From Halomicronema hongdechloris C2206 (GTDB lineage Bacteria > Cyanobacteriota > Cyanobacteriia > Phormidesmidales > Phormidesmidaceae), in NCBI RefSeq assembly GCF_002075285.3, contig NZ_CP021983.2, positions 1,050,001 to 1,082,000 on the forward strand: DNA of 32,000 bases. The letters are read 5' to 3'. Position 1 is the first letter of the stretch; every line of letters begins with the position of its first letter. The notes below the pieces were generated by a model. That model was not told the origin of the DNA and ran no database searches. It saw only the letters and a program-made list of their open reading frames with translations. Shown in pieces: positions 7,984 to 16,506 of the stretch. The translations under genes were made by a program, and so were the position numbers.

Positions 7984-9228
7984 TCACAGGTGTCTAGCTG
8001 GGGGCAAGTGGTCTGTGCGATCGCACCTAGCCCTGCCGGAGCCGCGTAGGTATGGCCGGGCCACGGGCACCAGGTGGAGATGATCCCCTGGCCGCAGCAA
8101 GGCCTGGAAGATATCGCGATGATCTTTGGTAACCAACATGCCCATCAGCCAACCGACCGGGGCCAACTCCAGGCTATCCACATAGGCCCGCAGCGCCATC
8201 GCTGCCGCCGGATTATGGGCCCCATCCACCAACAGGGGCCACCCTTGGCCGCGATCGTCCTGCCAGGTGAGCCACTGCAGCCGTCCAGGCCAACGGGCTT
8301 GGGCCAGGCCAGTGGTCATGGCTGCCTCGGCAATGGCCCATCCTTGGGCCTGTAGGCAGCGCAGGGTTGCGATCGCAAGAGCAGAATTGATCAGTTGATG
8401 CGGCCCTGGAAAGGGAAGACGATAGCGCCAGGGAGACGGGATAAACTCCTCCTCCCCTTGGCCAACAGCCCCGTCATGGTGACCCGCAACCGCTGCCCAC
8501 CCCTGGCCTAAATCCCGAGCCGGGGCTGGCCATATGGCTGGACAGTCCAACTCTGCTAACCGAGCCGCTACCACCGCCTTGGCGTCCGCTGGCAGGGGAC
8601 CAATCACCGCTGGGCAACCCGGCTTGAGAATGCCAGCCTTTTCCCGGGCGATGTCGGCCAGAGTCGGCCCTAGCCGCTGCCAGTGCTCCCGACTCAAAGA
8701 CGTAATCACCGTCACCAGGGGATGCTCGCAGACATTGGTGGCATCCAGGCGTCCCCCTAGCCCCACCTCCACTACGGCGACATCCACCGCCTGCTGGGCA
8801 AAGTATAGCCAGGCTGCCGCCGTTAGTACCTCAAACTGAGTCGGCATTTCCTGACTAGGGGGAATAACGGCCTCGACTTGGGCCAAAACCGCACTCAGAT
8901 CCGCCGCGGCAATGGGACGTTCATTAATACACAGGCGTTCGCGCCAACTGACTAAGTGGGGCGACGTATAGCGGCCAACCCGATAGCCAGCCTGGGTGAG
9001 CACCGAGGAGAGATAGGCGCAGACGGACCCCTTACCATTGCTGCCGGCCACATGTACGAGCGGCACCTGCTTTTCGGGATGCCCCAGCCGGGCTAATAGC
9101 TGCTCGATTCGGGCTAACCCTAGATTGACGCCGAACCGCTCAAACTGGGCTAGTCGCCGGGCGATTTCCGCCTCCTCCCCAGCCTCTACCGGAGGAATCC
9201 CTGAGGCACGGCAGCCTGGGTCTACCAC
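7984..9228 (-). CDS. folC: Dihydrofolate synthase / folylpolyglutamate synthase FolC; the C-terminal ~67 codons continue in another frame down to 7851
   Basis: It has the Mur-ligase P-loop HVAGSNGKGSV and typical FolC blocks (..RYTSPHLVSWRERL.., ..VVEVGLGGRLDATN.., ..LLVDGAHNPAAA..). The GTG start at 9228 lies 5 nt after the glnB stop. The conserved tail ..VLCGSLYLIGDFF.. is found in a shifted frame at 7851..8054. Confidence 0.88.
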   Translation of the reverse strand: MVDPGCRASGIPPVEAGEEAEIARRLAQFERFGVNLGLARIEQLLARLGHPEKQVPLVHVAGSNGKGSVCAYLSSVLTQAGYRVGRYTSPHLVSWRERLCINERPIAAADLSAVLAQVEAVIPPSQEMPTQFEVLTAAAWLYFAQQAVDVAVVEVGLGGRLDATNVCEHPLVTVITSLSREHWQRLGPTLADIAREKAGILKPGCPAVIGPLPADAKAVVAARLAELDCPAIWPAPARDLGQGWAAVAGHHDGAVGQGEEEFIPSPWRYRLPFPGPHQLINSALAIATLRCLQAQGWAIAEAAMTTGLAQARWPGRLQWLTWQDDRGQGWPLLVDGAHNPAAAMALRAYVDSLELAPVGWLMGMLVTKDHRDIFQALLRPGDHLHLVPVARPYLRGSGRARCDRTDHLPPARHL

Positions 9229-9233
9229 CAGCG

Positions 9234-9658
<425 letters not shown>

Positions 9659-9716
9659 GCTTCTTGATCCTGCCATGGGAAGGGGCGGATGCCCCACTCT
9701 ATACCATGGGTCAGGA

Positions 9717-10352
9717 TTATTCGGTCGGGCCCGTGGTGTTGAGCAGCGGCTTCATAATCAAAAAGCCGGCCCCAAAGGCGCTGACCACGATCAGGAGGAT
9801 GGTGGTCGCTAGCCACAACCCACTGAGATCCCGAGAGTTTTGAGTGGGGGTAGGCTGAGTCTGGTGAGGAGAGTCCGATTGATGGCTGAACAAATTGCCA
9901 GCAGCAGGCCATGACTTCACCGGTTTCAACCACGCCGCCACTAACTCAGCAGTGCCTGACTCATGAGTCGTATCGGCATCCGCGTCCGCCGACTTGGACT
10001 CTGGAGATCTAGTCGCCCTCAGCTGGCTCCCCTCTGGGGCCGTAGCCTGGGGAGCAGGGACTGGCGGTGTCTGCGGGGGGGGCTGGGGAGACTGGCTGGG
10101 ACCGGCTAAGTAGCGTAGCTGGTCGGTCGCCTGCAGGAATCGATGAATCTCTTGGCGGAGTTGATGATTTTGGCGCATTACCTGCTGATTTTGGGCGGTC
10201 AAAGCCTCTACCTTGGCTTTGGTTGCCTGCAGCTCGGTGGCCAGCTGGCGATAGACCGAAATCGGCACCGAGGGAGCATACCCTGCCGCCGTCGGCGCGT
10301 CTGCATCAGCGGCCAGGGAGGAAAACGAATCCGAATAAAGAGGCGAAGTCAT
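9717..10352 (-). CDS. Hypothetical coiled-coil protein with a C-terminal membrane anchor
   Basis: The ORF has a likely start at ATG 10352 (MTSPLYSDSF..). It contains a heptad-like segment (YRQLATELQATKAKVEALTAQNQQVMRQNHQLRQEIHRF), a Pro-rich middle region and a C-terminal TM helix (LWLATTILLIVVSAFGAGFLIM). I do not recognise a family. Confidence 0.55.
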   Translation of the reverse strand: MTSPLYSDSFSSLAADADAPTAAGYAPSVPISVYRQLATELQATKAKVEALTAQNQQVMRQNHQLRQEIHRFLQATDQLRYLAGPSQSPQPPPQTPPVPAPQATAPEGSQLRATRSPESKSADADADTTHESGTAELVAAWLKPVKSWPAAGNLFSHQSDSPHQTQPTPTQNSRDLSGLWLATTILLIVVSAFGAGFLIMKPLLNTTGPTE

Positions 10353-10504
10353 ACAGGTCGTTTCAAATTGACGACTACCGAAGTCGGAACTACAGGCCAA
10401 GGGTAGTTCAAATTAGAGCAATCGACACATCTTTAGTCAAGAAATTTGCTGAAATTGACAGTAACGTCCCTGATTGGCCATTGTCAGGGATAGCCCCCGT
10501 TAGA

Positions 10505-11413
10505 TTACGGTGATGCTGCCACTGCCAGGGCCACGGTGGCCTCGTGGGTAGCCCCAGGCGCTAAGGTGATAATTCGATCACCGGTATTGAGGGCATTGCG
10601 CAGGGCAGTCCAGGGCTCCAGGCAGTAATACGGCTTCCCCTGCACCGTCCAGAACACCAGGGCGGAGTAGGTATCGCTCCAGGTCAGAGTCAGGGCGCGA
10701 TGGCTGTGGTGGTCGACGACGGTGGCCGTCTGGGCCGACAGAGGGGTCAGGGCCACGTCGATTTCTGGCTGACTCAGATCGAAGTGACCCGCAAAAGGCT
10801 CTACCGCTTGGGTGAGCTGATCGTGCAGCTGCTGGGCCGGTAGGTCGAAGCGGAGTTGAGTTTTGTCTGCTGCGTGGAAGTAGGGATGCAACCCCAGGGA
10901 AAAGGGCATGGGGCGATCCGAGGCATTGATCACCCGCTGGTCTAGGGTGAGGGTGTGCCCCTGCAGCCGGTAGGTCAATTCCAAGCGAAAGTCGAAGGGA
11001 TAGAGCGCCCGGGTGTGGTCGTTACTGGTCAGCGCTAGGGTGAGGGCAGCGCTATCGCGCACAGATTGCTCTAAAACCTGCCAGGGTAAGTCTCGAGCAA
11101 AGCCGTGTTGCTTCAAGGAATAGGCTTGTCCCTCCAGGGTGTAGGTATGGTCTGGCAGGTTGCCGCAAATGGGAAACAGAATGGGAATGCCCCCCCGTAC
11201 CGACAGCTCTGGGTTGGCGAAGCGCTCGGCGTCGAAGTAGAGGATATCTTGGTCGTTGATCTGCCAGTGGGTAATCAGGCCCCCCCGTTGCGGTACCACC
11301 GTCACCTTGGCATCGGCGTCGGTGTCAGACAGGAGGTAGGTGGGATATTGCTCGGCCTTAACTGCGATCGCAAACACAGGTCTCTCCCGATCAGGCTGTC
11401 TAGACCGTACCAC
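10505..11413 (-). CDS. Aldose 1-epimerase (galactose mutarotase-like) family protein
   Basis: 302 aa with blocks typical of the family: ..RGGIPILFPICGNLPD.., ..HGFARDLPW.., ..GLHPYFH... Confidence 0.8.
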   Translation of the reverse strand: MVRSRQPDRERPVFAIAVKAEQYPTYLLSDTDADAKVTVVPQRGGLITHWQINDQDILYFDAERFANPELSVRGGIPILFPICGNLPDHTYTLEGQAYSLKQHGFARDLPWQVLEQSVRDSAALTLALTSNDHTRALYPFDFRLELTYRLQGHTLTLDQRVINASDRPMPFSLGLHPYFHAADKTQLRFDLPAQQLHDQLTQAVEPFAGHFDLSQPEIDVALTPLSAQTATVVDHHSHRALTLTWSDTYSALVFWTVQGKPYYCLEPWTALRNALNTGDRIITLAPGATHEATVALAVAASP

Positions 11414-11448
11414 AGCCCCTGGCTATACCAGGGTAGTCGGCAATGCTG

Positions 11449-13818
11449 TCAGGGACTGTCCTGGGGGTGGGAAGATGGGGAAGATGGCTCTGGGGAAATG
11501 GCCGCCTCCATGGCCGCCTCCATGGATGGCTCATCGTCGCCTAGGGCCACCTCTGGATTGACCGTCTCGGCCATGGTGTCGGCGGTGTCAGCGGTATCTG
11601 CCAATGGCGTCGCTGACGCCACTGATGCCGCTTCCGGCTGGGCGGGGGAGTCAGCGGTTGCCTCCAGCTGGGCCGGGAGCGTGCCAGCCATCCCTGGCGG
11701 TGAGGCCTGGCCCAGGGGGCCTACCAAGGGCTCACCATAGGGCTCAATCGCCTCCGGCACAACTGCTTCCGGCTGAGCACCGGCGTCCCCTGCCGGAGGC
11801 ACCGGCACCCTCGGCTCCGGCGCCAGACCAGCGTCTCCTGGCACCGGCGCAAACTCTAGCTGTTCTGGGGCAGCCTTTGGTCCCCAGTCTTTGAGGGTGT
11901 CATCCATCGTCTCTGGCCAATCCAGCGGCGGCAGCTCAGGCTCGGGGCGCTCCAGCTTGGTGGGCGCTGCCCCGGGCTGTGACGAGGGTGGTGGGGCCGT
12001 GAAGGAGTCCCCGGCTGGGTCTGAATCTTCCGGCGTCAAGGGCGCTCCAGCAGGAGCAGCAGGAGATGGCGTCTGCACCGGCAAGACCATGTGCGATCGC
12101 AGCGGCTGTTCAAACTCCTGAGAGGCCTGCTCGATGGCATTCCAGATATCCCTAGCTGCTTTTCCAGTAGCCTGCCGTGGTTGCCCCGCGTGGACTGTAA
12201 TCGGCACCACCTCCACCTTCATTTGCCGTGGCCGCAGAGACACCTTTAAGGCCGCCGTATCATGATCAGGCTGGGCGCCATCCTCGAAAATAAAATCCCC
12301 CAAGGAATAGACAATCGGGCGGCCTTTATAGACTTCTGCCCCCTGTAACTGACTCGGGTGATGACCCACCACCACATCTGCCCCCTGATCAATGGCCAGC
12401 CGGGCCAGATTTGTCTGCCAATGGGCCGGATTGTCCGCCAGCTCTGCCTGCCAGCGATAGTTAACCACGATCCAATCAACGCTGTCTCGCAGGGCCCGAA
12501 TATCCTCGGCAATGTCAGGCAACTCCAAATGGTTGACTCCGGCTACAGACTGAGCTGCTGCCTGCGTCGCCGTTTGGGTATAGCTCAAGTAGGCAATGCG
12601 TTGCCCCTTCACCTCTAAAATCTCTGGGCGCCGGGCTTCCCGTTCCGTGCGTCCTGCCCCCACTCGATAGAGGCCCTGCCGATCCAACGTCGTTAGGGTC
12701 TCTGCCAGCCCCTGTTCTCCAAACCCCATGATGTCCTCATGGGTAAGATTGACAATATCGATCCCCGCTTGCTCCAATAAATGGGCCGCGTCAGACCGTT
12801 GCCGTTGATGCAACTCTTCTTGCAATGAGGTGTCCGCATTGGCCAGAGAATCGCCCAAGTTGACCATCGCCACATCTGCCCGCTGGTAATCACTGAGCTG
12901 GGCCAACCAGGGCTGCTCCGGCGTGATTTGGGCGTAGGGCACCTGCTCGAAAGACACATCGCCACCAAACAGCAGCGTAATCGTGGGGTCTCCTGGATTA
13001 CCACTCTGGCGATGGGGGATCACTGCCACCGGTTCTAAGGCGGCTTGTACTGTGTTAGGGTGGGTAGCCTCAGCTTCCTCCGGAGTCGTCTCATAGGTCA
13101 CGGGCACCGCCTCCGGCCAGTCCATCTGCTCTGGAGTCGGCTCCGCCGCCTGCCGGGACTGGGGCACCCGCGGCAAACTGGGACCAGTGTTGGCCAAAAT
13201 GACCTCCGTCAGGCACCCCAACACAAAGGCCGCCACTGCTGAGCCCGACAACAGCACCGTGCGAAAGGCTTTCAGCTGTTGATCACCCCAAACAAAGGGG
13301 CGAGATCGTTGTCGAGAGCGCCGCCGGGATCGCTGCGCTTGAGCCAGCTGGGGCGGCAACGCCTGAGGATTAGCAAAGGCCATCGAGGCCTGATGCCGCT
13401 GCTGCTTCAACGCCGGAGTCACAATCCGCACCGATCTAGCCCACACGACCTGGGCCTGCCCCAAGGGCCGCACCAGCAGATAAATCCCCTCAATGCGATC
13501 GGAGTTGAGTTGCCAAATCCGGTGGCAAATGTAGCGAGTCAGGGGCTCAAATAGGGGCGGCCGTCGATATTCCACCAAAATGCGCAAACGCCCCGGTCGA
13601 TCGGCCTGCACCTGGGCATAGAGGTCCTGGTCCACCAAGCCTAGGTTAAGCCACAGGGCTAAGGCTCGAAAACTCCCTGACGCCGCCGCCTCTTTAACAT
13701 CTGAAGCCGTAACATCTGAGGCAGTCGATGCATGGCCATTCTCCTGAGAGTCATCAACCTGAGCGTTATCAGCGCCTTCGCTATCGTAGGCAGCAATATC
13801 CTGTGTCGCGTAGACCAT
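11449..13818 (-). CDS. CapA-family (poly-gamma-glutamate capsule synthesis-like metallophosphatase fold) membrane protein with long N- and C-terminal extensions
   Basis: 789 aa. The central CapA/PGA_cap blocks are ..ITLLFGGDVSF.., ..ADVAMVNLG.., ..VVVGHHPSQLQGAEVYKGRPIVYSLGDFIF... One TM helix (VLLSGSAVAAFVLGCLTEVILA) separates a ~190-aa N-terminal domain from the CapA domain. The P/A/E-rich tail contains short in-frame tandem duplications, for example gccgcctccatg x2 at 11501..11524. Confidence 0.8.
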   Translation of the reverse strand: MVYATQDIAAYDSEGADNAQVDDSQENGHASTASDVTASDVKEAAASGSFRALALWLNLGLVDQDLYAQVQADRPGRLRILVEYRRPPLFEPLTRYICHRIWQLNSDRIEGIYLLVRPLGQAQVVWARSVRIVTPALKQQRHQASMAFANPQALPPQLAQAQRSRRRSRQRSRPFVWGDQQLKAFRTVLLSGSAVAAFVLGCLTEVILANTGPSLPRVPQSRQAAEPTPEQMDWPEAVPVTYETTPEEAEATHPNTVQAALEPVAVIPHRQSGNPGDPTITLLFGGDVSFEQVPYAQITPEQPWLAQLSDYQRADVAMVNLGDSLANADTSLQEELHQRQRSDAAHLLEQAGIDIVNLTHEDIMGFGEQGLAETLTTLDRQGLYRVGAGRTEREARRPEILEVKGQRIAYLSYTQTATQAAAQSVAGVNHLELPDIAEDIRALRDSVDWIVVNYRWQAELADNPAHWQTNLARLAIDQGADVVVGHHPSQLQGAEVYKGRPIVYSLGDFIFEDGAQPDHDTAALKVSLRPRQMKVEVVPITVHAGQPRQATGKAARDIWNAIEQASQEFEQPLRSHMVLPVQTPSPAAPAGAPLTPEDSDPAGDSFTAPPPSSQPGAAPTKLERPEPELPPLDWPETMDDTLKDWGPKAAPEQLEFAPVPGDAGLAPEPRVPVPPAGDAGAQPEAVVPEAIEPYGEPLVGPLGQASPPGMAGTLPAQLEATADSPAQPEAASVASATPLADTADTADTMAETVNPEVALGDDEPSMEAAMEAAISPEPSSPSSHPQDSP

Positions 13819-14503
13819 GAGCGTTTCCTACTGGCCGACTGAAGTTGTGCAATGCTTAGTGGCGATCACCCTACCTGAATCAAGCTAACCCCTCTCCTGG
13901 CATCCATTGACCGCTGGCTAAAGCCAACCTTAGTAAAGACACCTACCCTGTCCTCAACCCCCCGATACACCTATTGCCGAGGAAGGCATAGCGCGGATAG
14001 TCGCCTAGGGAACCCGCTGGTGGCATCACCCCTTGACTAGAGAAAAACGAGGGTTGGCCAATCCCAGCTGTGGCTGCGGCAAGGTTAAGACCTCAATCCG
14101 ACCGTTCAACTGTCCGCTTAGAGAACCGGTGAGATTATTGGGCAGTAAAAGCATTCATGACTTTAACAAAGATGATTTGCTTGTCAATAGGTTTTTAACA
14201 AAAAACATGCCTTCATTGGCCTCGATGTACAGCATTTCCTTTCGGGGTGAGGTATAGCCTATCCCTTGACATCAAGGGATTCATGACCATCCTTGTACCT
14301 CGCTAGATTCAGAAACGCTGTAAGCCAGAGGCAGCCACAGTTAGCCAGAGAAAAATTATGGCAGGATGGCGTGTGAAACAGGGTAGACGAGTAGATGGGT
14401 AGATGGGCTTGCCCTGAGCGGAGGGCGGAAGACACCAGCCAGCTGAAGCAGGCAGGTGCCGGAAAAATCTGGTAGGGTTTTAGTCTTGCAAGACATTATC
14501 AGG

Positions 14504-15433
14504 ATGGCCATGCAATCGCTGCAAGGACGGGATTTTCTGAGTCTGGCTGATCTGAGTAGTGCTGAGTTGATCGGCATGCTAGATTTGGCCACGGCCATGA
14601 AGCAGGGGCAATCCCCAGCCGCGACGTCCTTTAAGACTCTAGGACTGCTGTTCCATAAGGCCTCTACCCGCACCCGAGTCAGTTTTTCCGCAGCTATTGG
14701 ACAATTGAGGGGTCAGGTACTCGATCTCAATACCAGTGTCACCCAGGTTAGCCGCGGCGAGCCGACCCGCGATACCGCCCGGGTGCTGTCTCGCTACCTA
14801 GATATCATTGCTATTCGCACCTATGCTCAGGCGGAATTGGAAGAGTTTGCCCGTTACGCTGAGATTCCAGTCATCAATGCCCTCACCGATTGGGAGCATC
14901 CTTGCCAGATTTTGGCTGACCTGTTGACGGTCAGGGAAACCTTCGGTCAGCTATCAGGGCTCACGTTGGCTTATCTCGGCGATGGTAACAATGTGGCTCA
15001 CTCGTTGCTATTGGGCTGTGCCCTGGCTGGGATGACTATTCGAGTGGCGACTCCTGCTGGCTATGCCCCAGATGCGGTGATTGTGCAGCAGGCCCAAACC
15101 TTGGGGAGCGATCGCACCCAGGTCGTGATCACTGATGATCCTCAAGCGGCGGTGACAGGAGCCCATGTCCTCTACACCGATGTCTGGGCCAGCATGGGCC
15201 AGGAAGCCCAGGCCGATAGCCGCATTCCCACCTTTCAACCCTACCAAGTCAACCAGATCCTGGTGGCCCAGGCTAATCCTGACGCCATCATCCTCCATTG
15301 CCTGCCGGCCCACCGGGGTGAGGAGATTACCGATGAGGTGATGGAAGGCCCCCAATCACGGATCTGGGATCAGGCCGAAAATCGCCTACATGCCCAAAAA
15401 GCATTACTGGCCAGCCTGTTGGGCTTAAGTTAG
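14504..15433 (+). CDS. argF: Ornithine carbamoyltransferase
   Basis: The motifs FHKASTRTRVSF (carbamoyl-phosphate site), HPCQILADL and HCLPAHRGEE are present. The likely start is ATG 14504 (MAMQSLQGRDFLSLADLS), not the upstream GTG 14456 of the ORF track. Confidence 0.93.
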   Translation: MAMQSLQGRDFLSLADLSSAELIGMLDLATAMKQGQSPAATSFKTLGLLFHKASTRTRVSFSAAIGQLRGQVLDLNTSVTQVSRGEPTRDTARVLSRYLDIIAIRTYAQAELEEFARYAEIPVINALTDWEHPCQILADLLTVRETFGQLSGLTLAYLGDGNNVAHSLLLGCALAGMTIRVATPAGYAPDAVIVQQAQTLGSDRTQVVITDDPQAAVTGAHVLYTDVWASMGQEAQADSRIPTFQPYQVNQILVAQANPDAIILHCLPAHRGEEITDEVMEGPQSRIWDQAENRLHAQKALLASLLGLS

Positions 15434-15553
15434 GAGACCGGTTGAAATTGATAGGTCTGGATGCCCCCAAGGGTACCGGCTTGATATTTGACGATCTAAA
15501 CTCATAGTCCACACCTTAAAAGCCTTGGCGAGGGTTGATGTTGAGAGACTCGG

Positions 15554-16459
15554 TTACAACTGCGACAGTTTACGACAGGTCGCTTCGATGCTAGCGATGC
15601 TCCCTGGGTTCACTAAGCCAAAGTAGTCGAAGCGATAGACGGCATCGGTTTGGGTGGCTTTCAATTGGCTCCAGAAGGCATCGCCTTGCAGTTGCTCCAG
15701 TAAGTTATCGCCGGTTTCTACGATCAGTAGCGCCTCAGGATTTGCCGCTAACACTGTTTCTGCCGAGAGGGTAATGTATCCCTCGAAGGGGCTTTCTCCT
15801 TGGTAGTCGGCGGTTACATTGGCAATGTTAAATTGGGCCAAGAAATCCCCGGCCCAGCTGTCTTGATTGGGAGATAACAGGGGCTGGCGACTCACTAGCA
15901 CTAGGGCCGTGGGGGCTGTGGCGGGTGCTTGGGCTAGGCAAGCATCGTAGCGGGCTAGGAGAGGCTGCGGGTCGCGGCCGATACGCTGGGCCAGGTCTTG
16001 CGTTAGTCTCTTGAGGCTGGCCCAACTGTTGACCTCTGCTGTCAGTGTCTCGATGTCCATTGCCTGTAGGCGCTCTAGGGTCTTGTCGTGAAAGCCCTTG
16101 GCACCGATGACCAAGTCTGGTTGCAGGGCCACGATCTTCTCTAAATCTGGCTCAGTCCGGCCTTCACTGACGGTGGCTAGGTCTGCGAAACGGTCATCTT
16201 CTCGCAGGATACGGCTGCCTGGGATTCCCACTAGTGTGTCGTCATCCAGGGTATGGATGATATCGGCGGTGAGGGCGGTGAGGGCGACGATCTGGGTAGC
16301 CGTTGCAGCCGTGGCTGTCGTCGGCTCCGTCTCTCCCGCTGCTGTTGTCTCGGCTCCATTGTCTGGGATTTCTGAGACAGGAGTGGGGGGGGTGGCACAA
16401 GCTGCGATCGCACCGAGCATCGCGACCAGCAGTAATCGTCTCAACCAGTGTGTATCCAT
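15554..16459 (-). CDS. ABC transporter periplasmic binding lipoprotein, FecB/BtuF-like (iron-siderophore / haem / cobalamin class)
   Basis: The likely start is ATG 16459 (MDTHWLRRLLLVAMLGAIAACA, lipobox IAAC). Class III PBP blocks are present (..IVALTALTADII.., ..ALQPDLVIGAKGF.., ..NPEALLIVE..). It lies directly downstream of the TonB-dependent receptor. Confidence 0.85.
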   Translation of the reverse strand: MDTHWLRRLLLVAMLGAIAACATPPTPVSEIPDNGAETTAAGETEPTTATAATATQIVALTALTADIIHTLDDDTLVGIPGSRILREDDRFADLATVSEGRTEPDLEKIVALQPDLVIGAKGFHDKTLERLQAMDIETLTAEVNSWASLKRLTQDLAQRIGRDPQPLLARYDACLAQAPATAPTALVLVSRQPLLSPNQDSWAGDFLAQFNIANVTADYQGESPFEGYITLSAETVLAANPEALLIVETGDNLLEQLQGDAFWSQLKATQTDAVYRFDYFGLVNPGSIASIEATCRKLSQL

Positions 16460-16506
16460 AACGACGTCTCCTACTTGGGTAACCCTATGCGATCGCAAAA
16501 CCAAAC

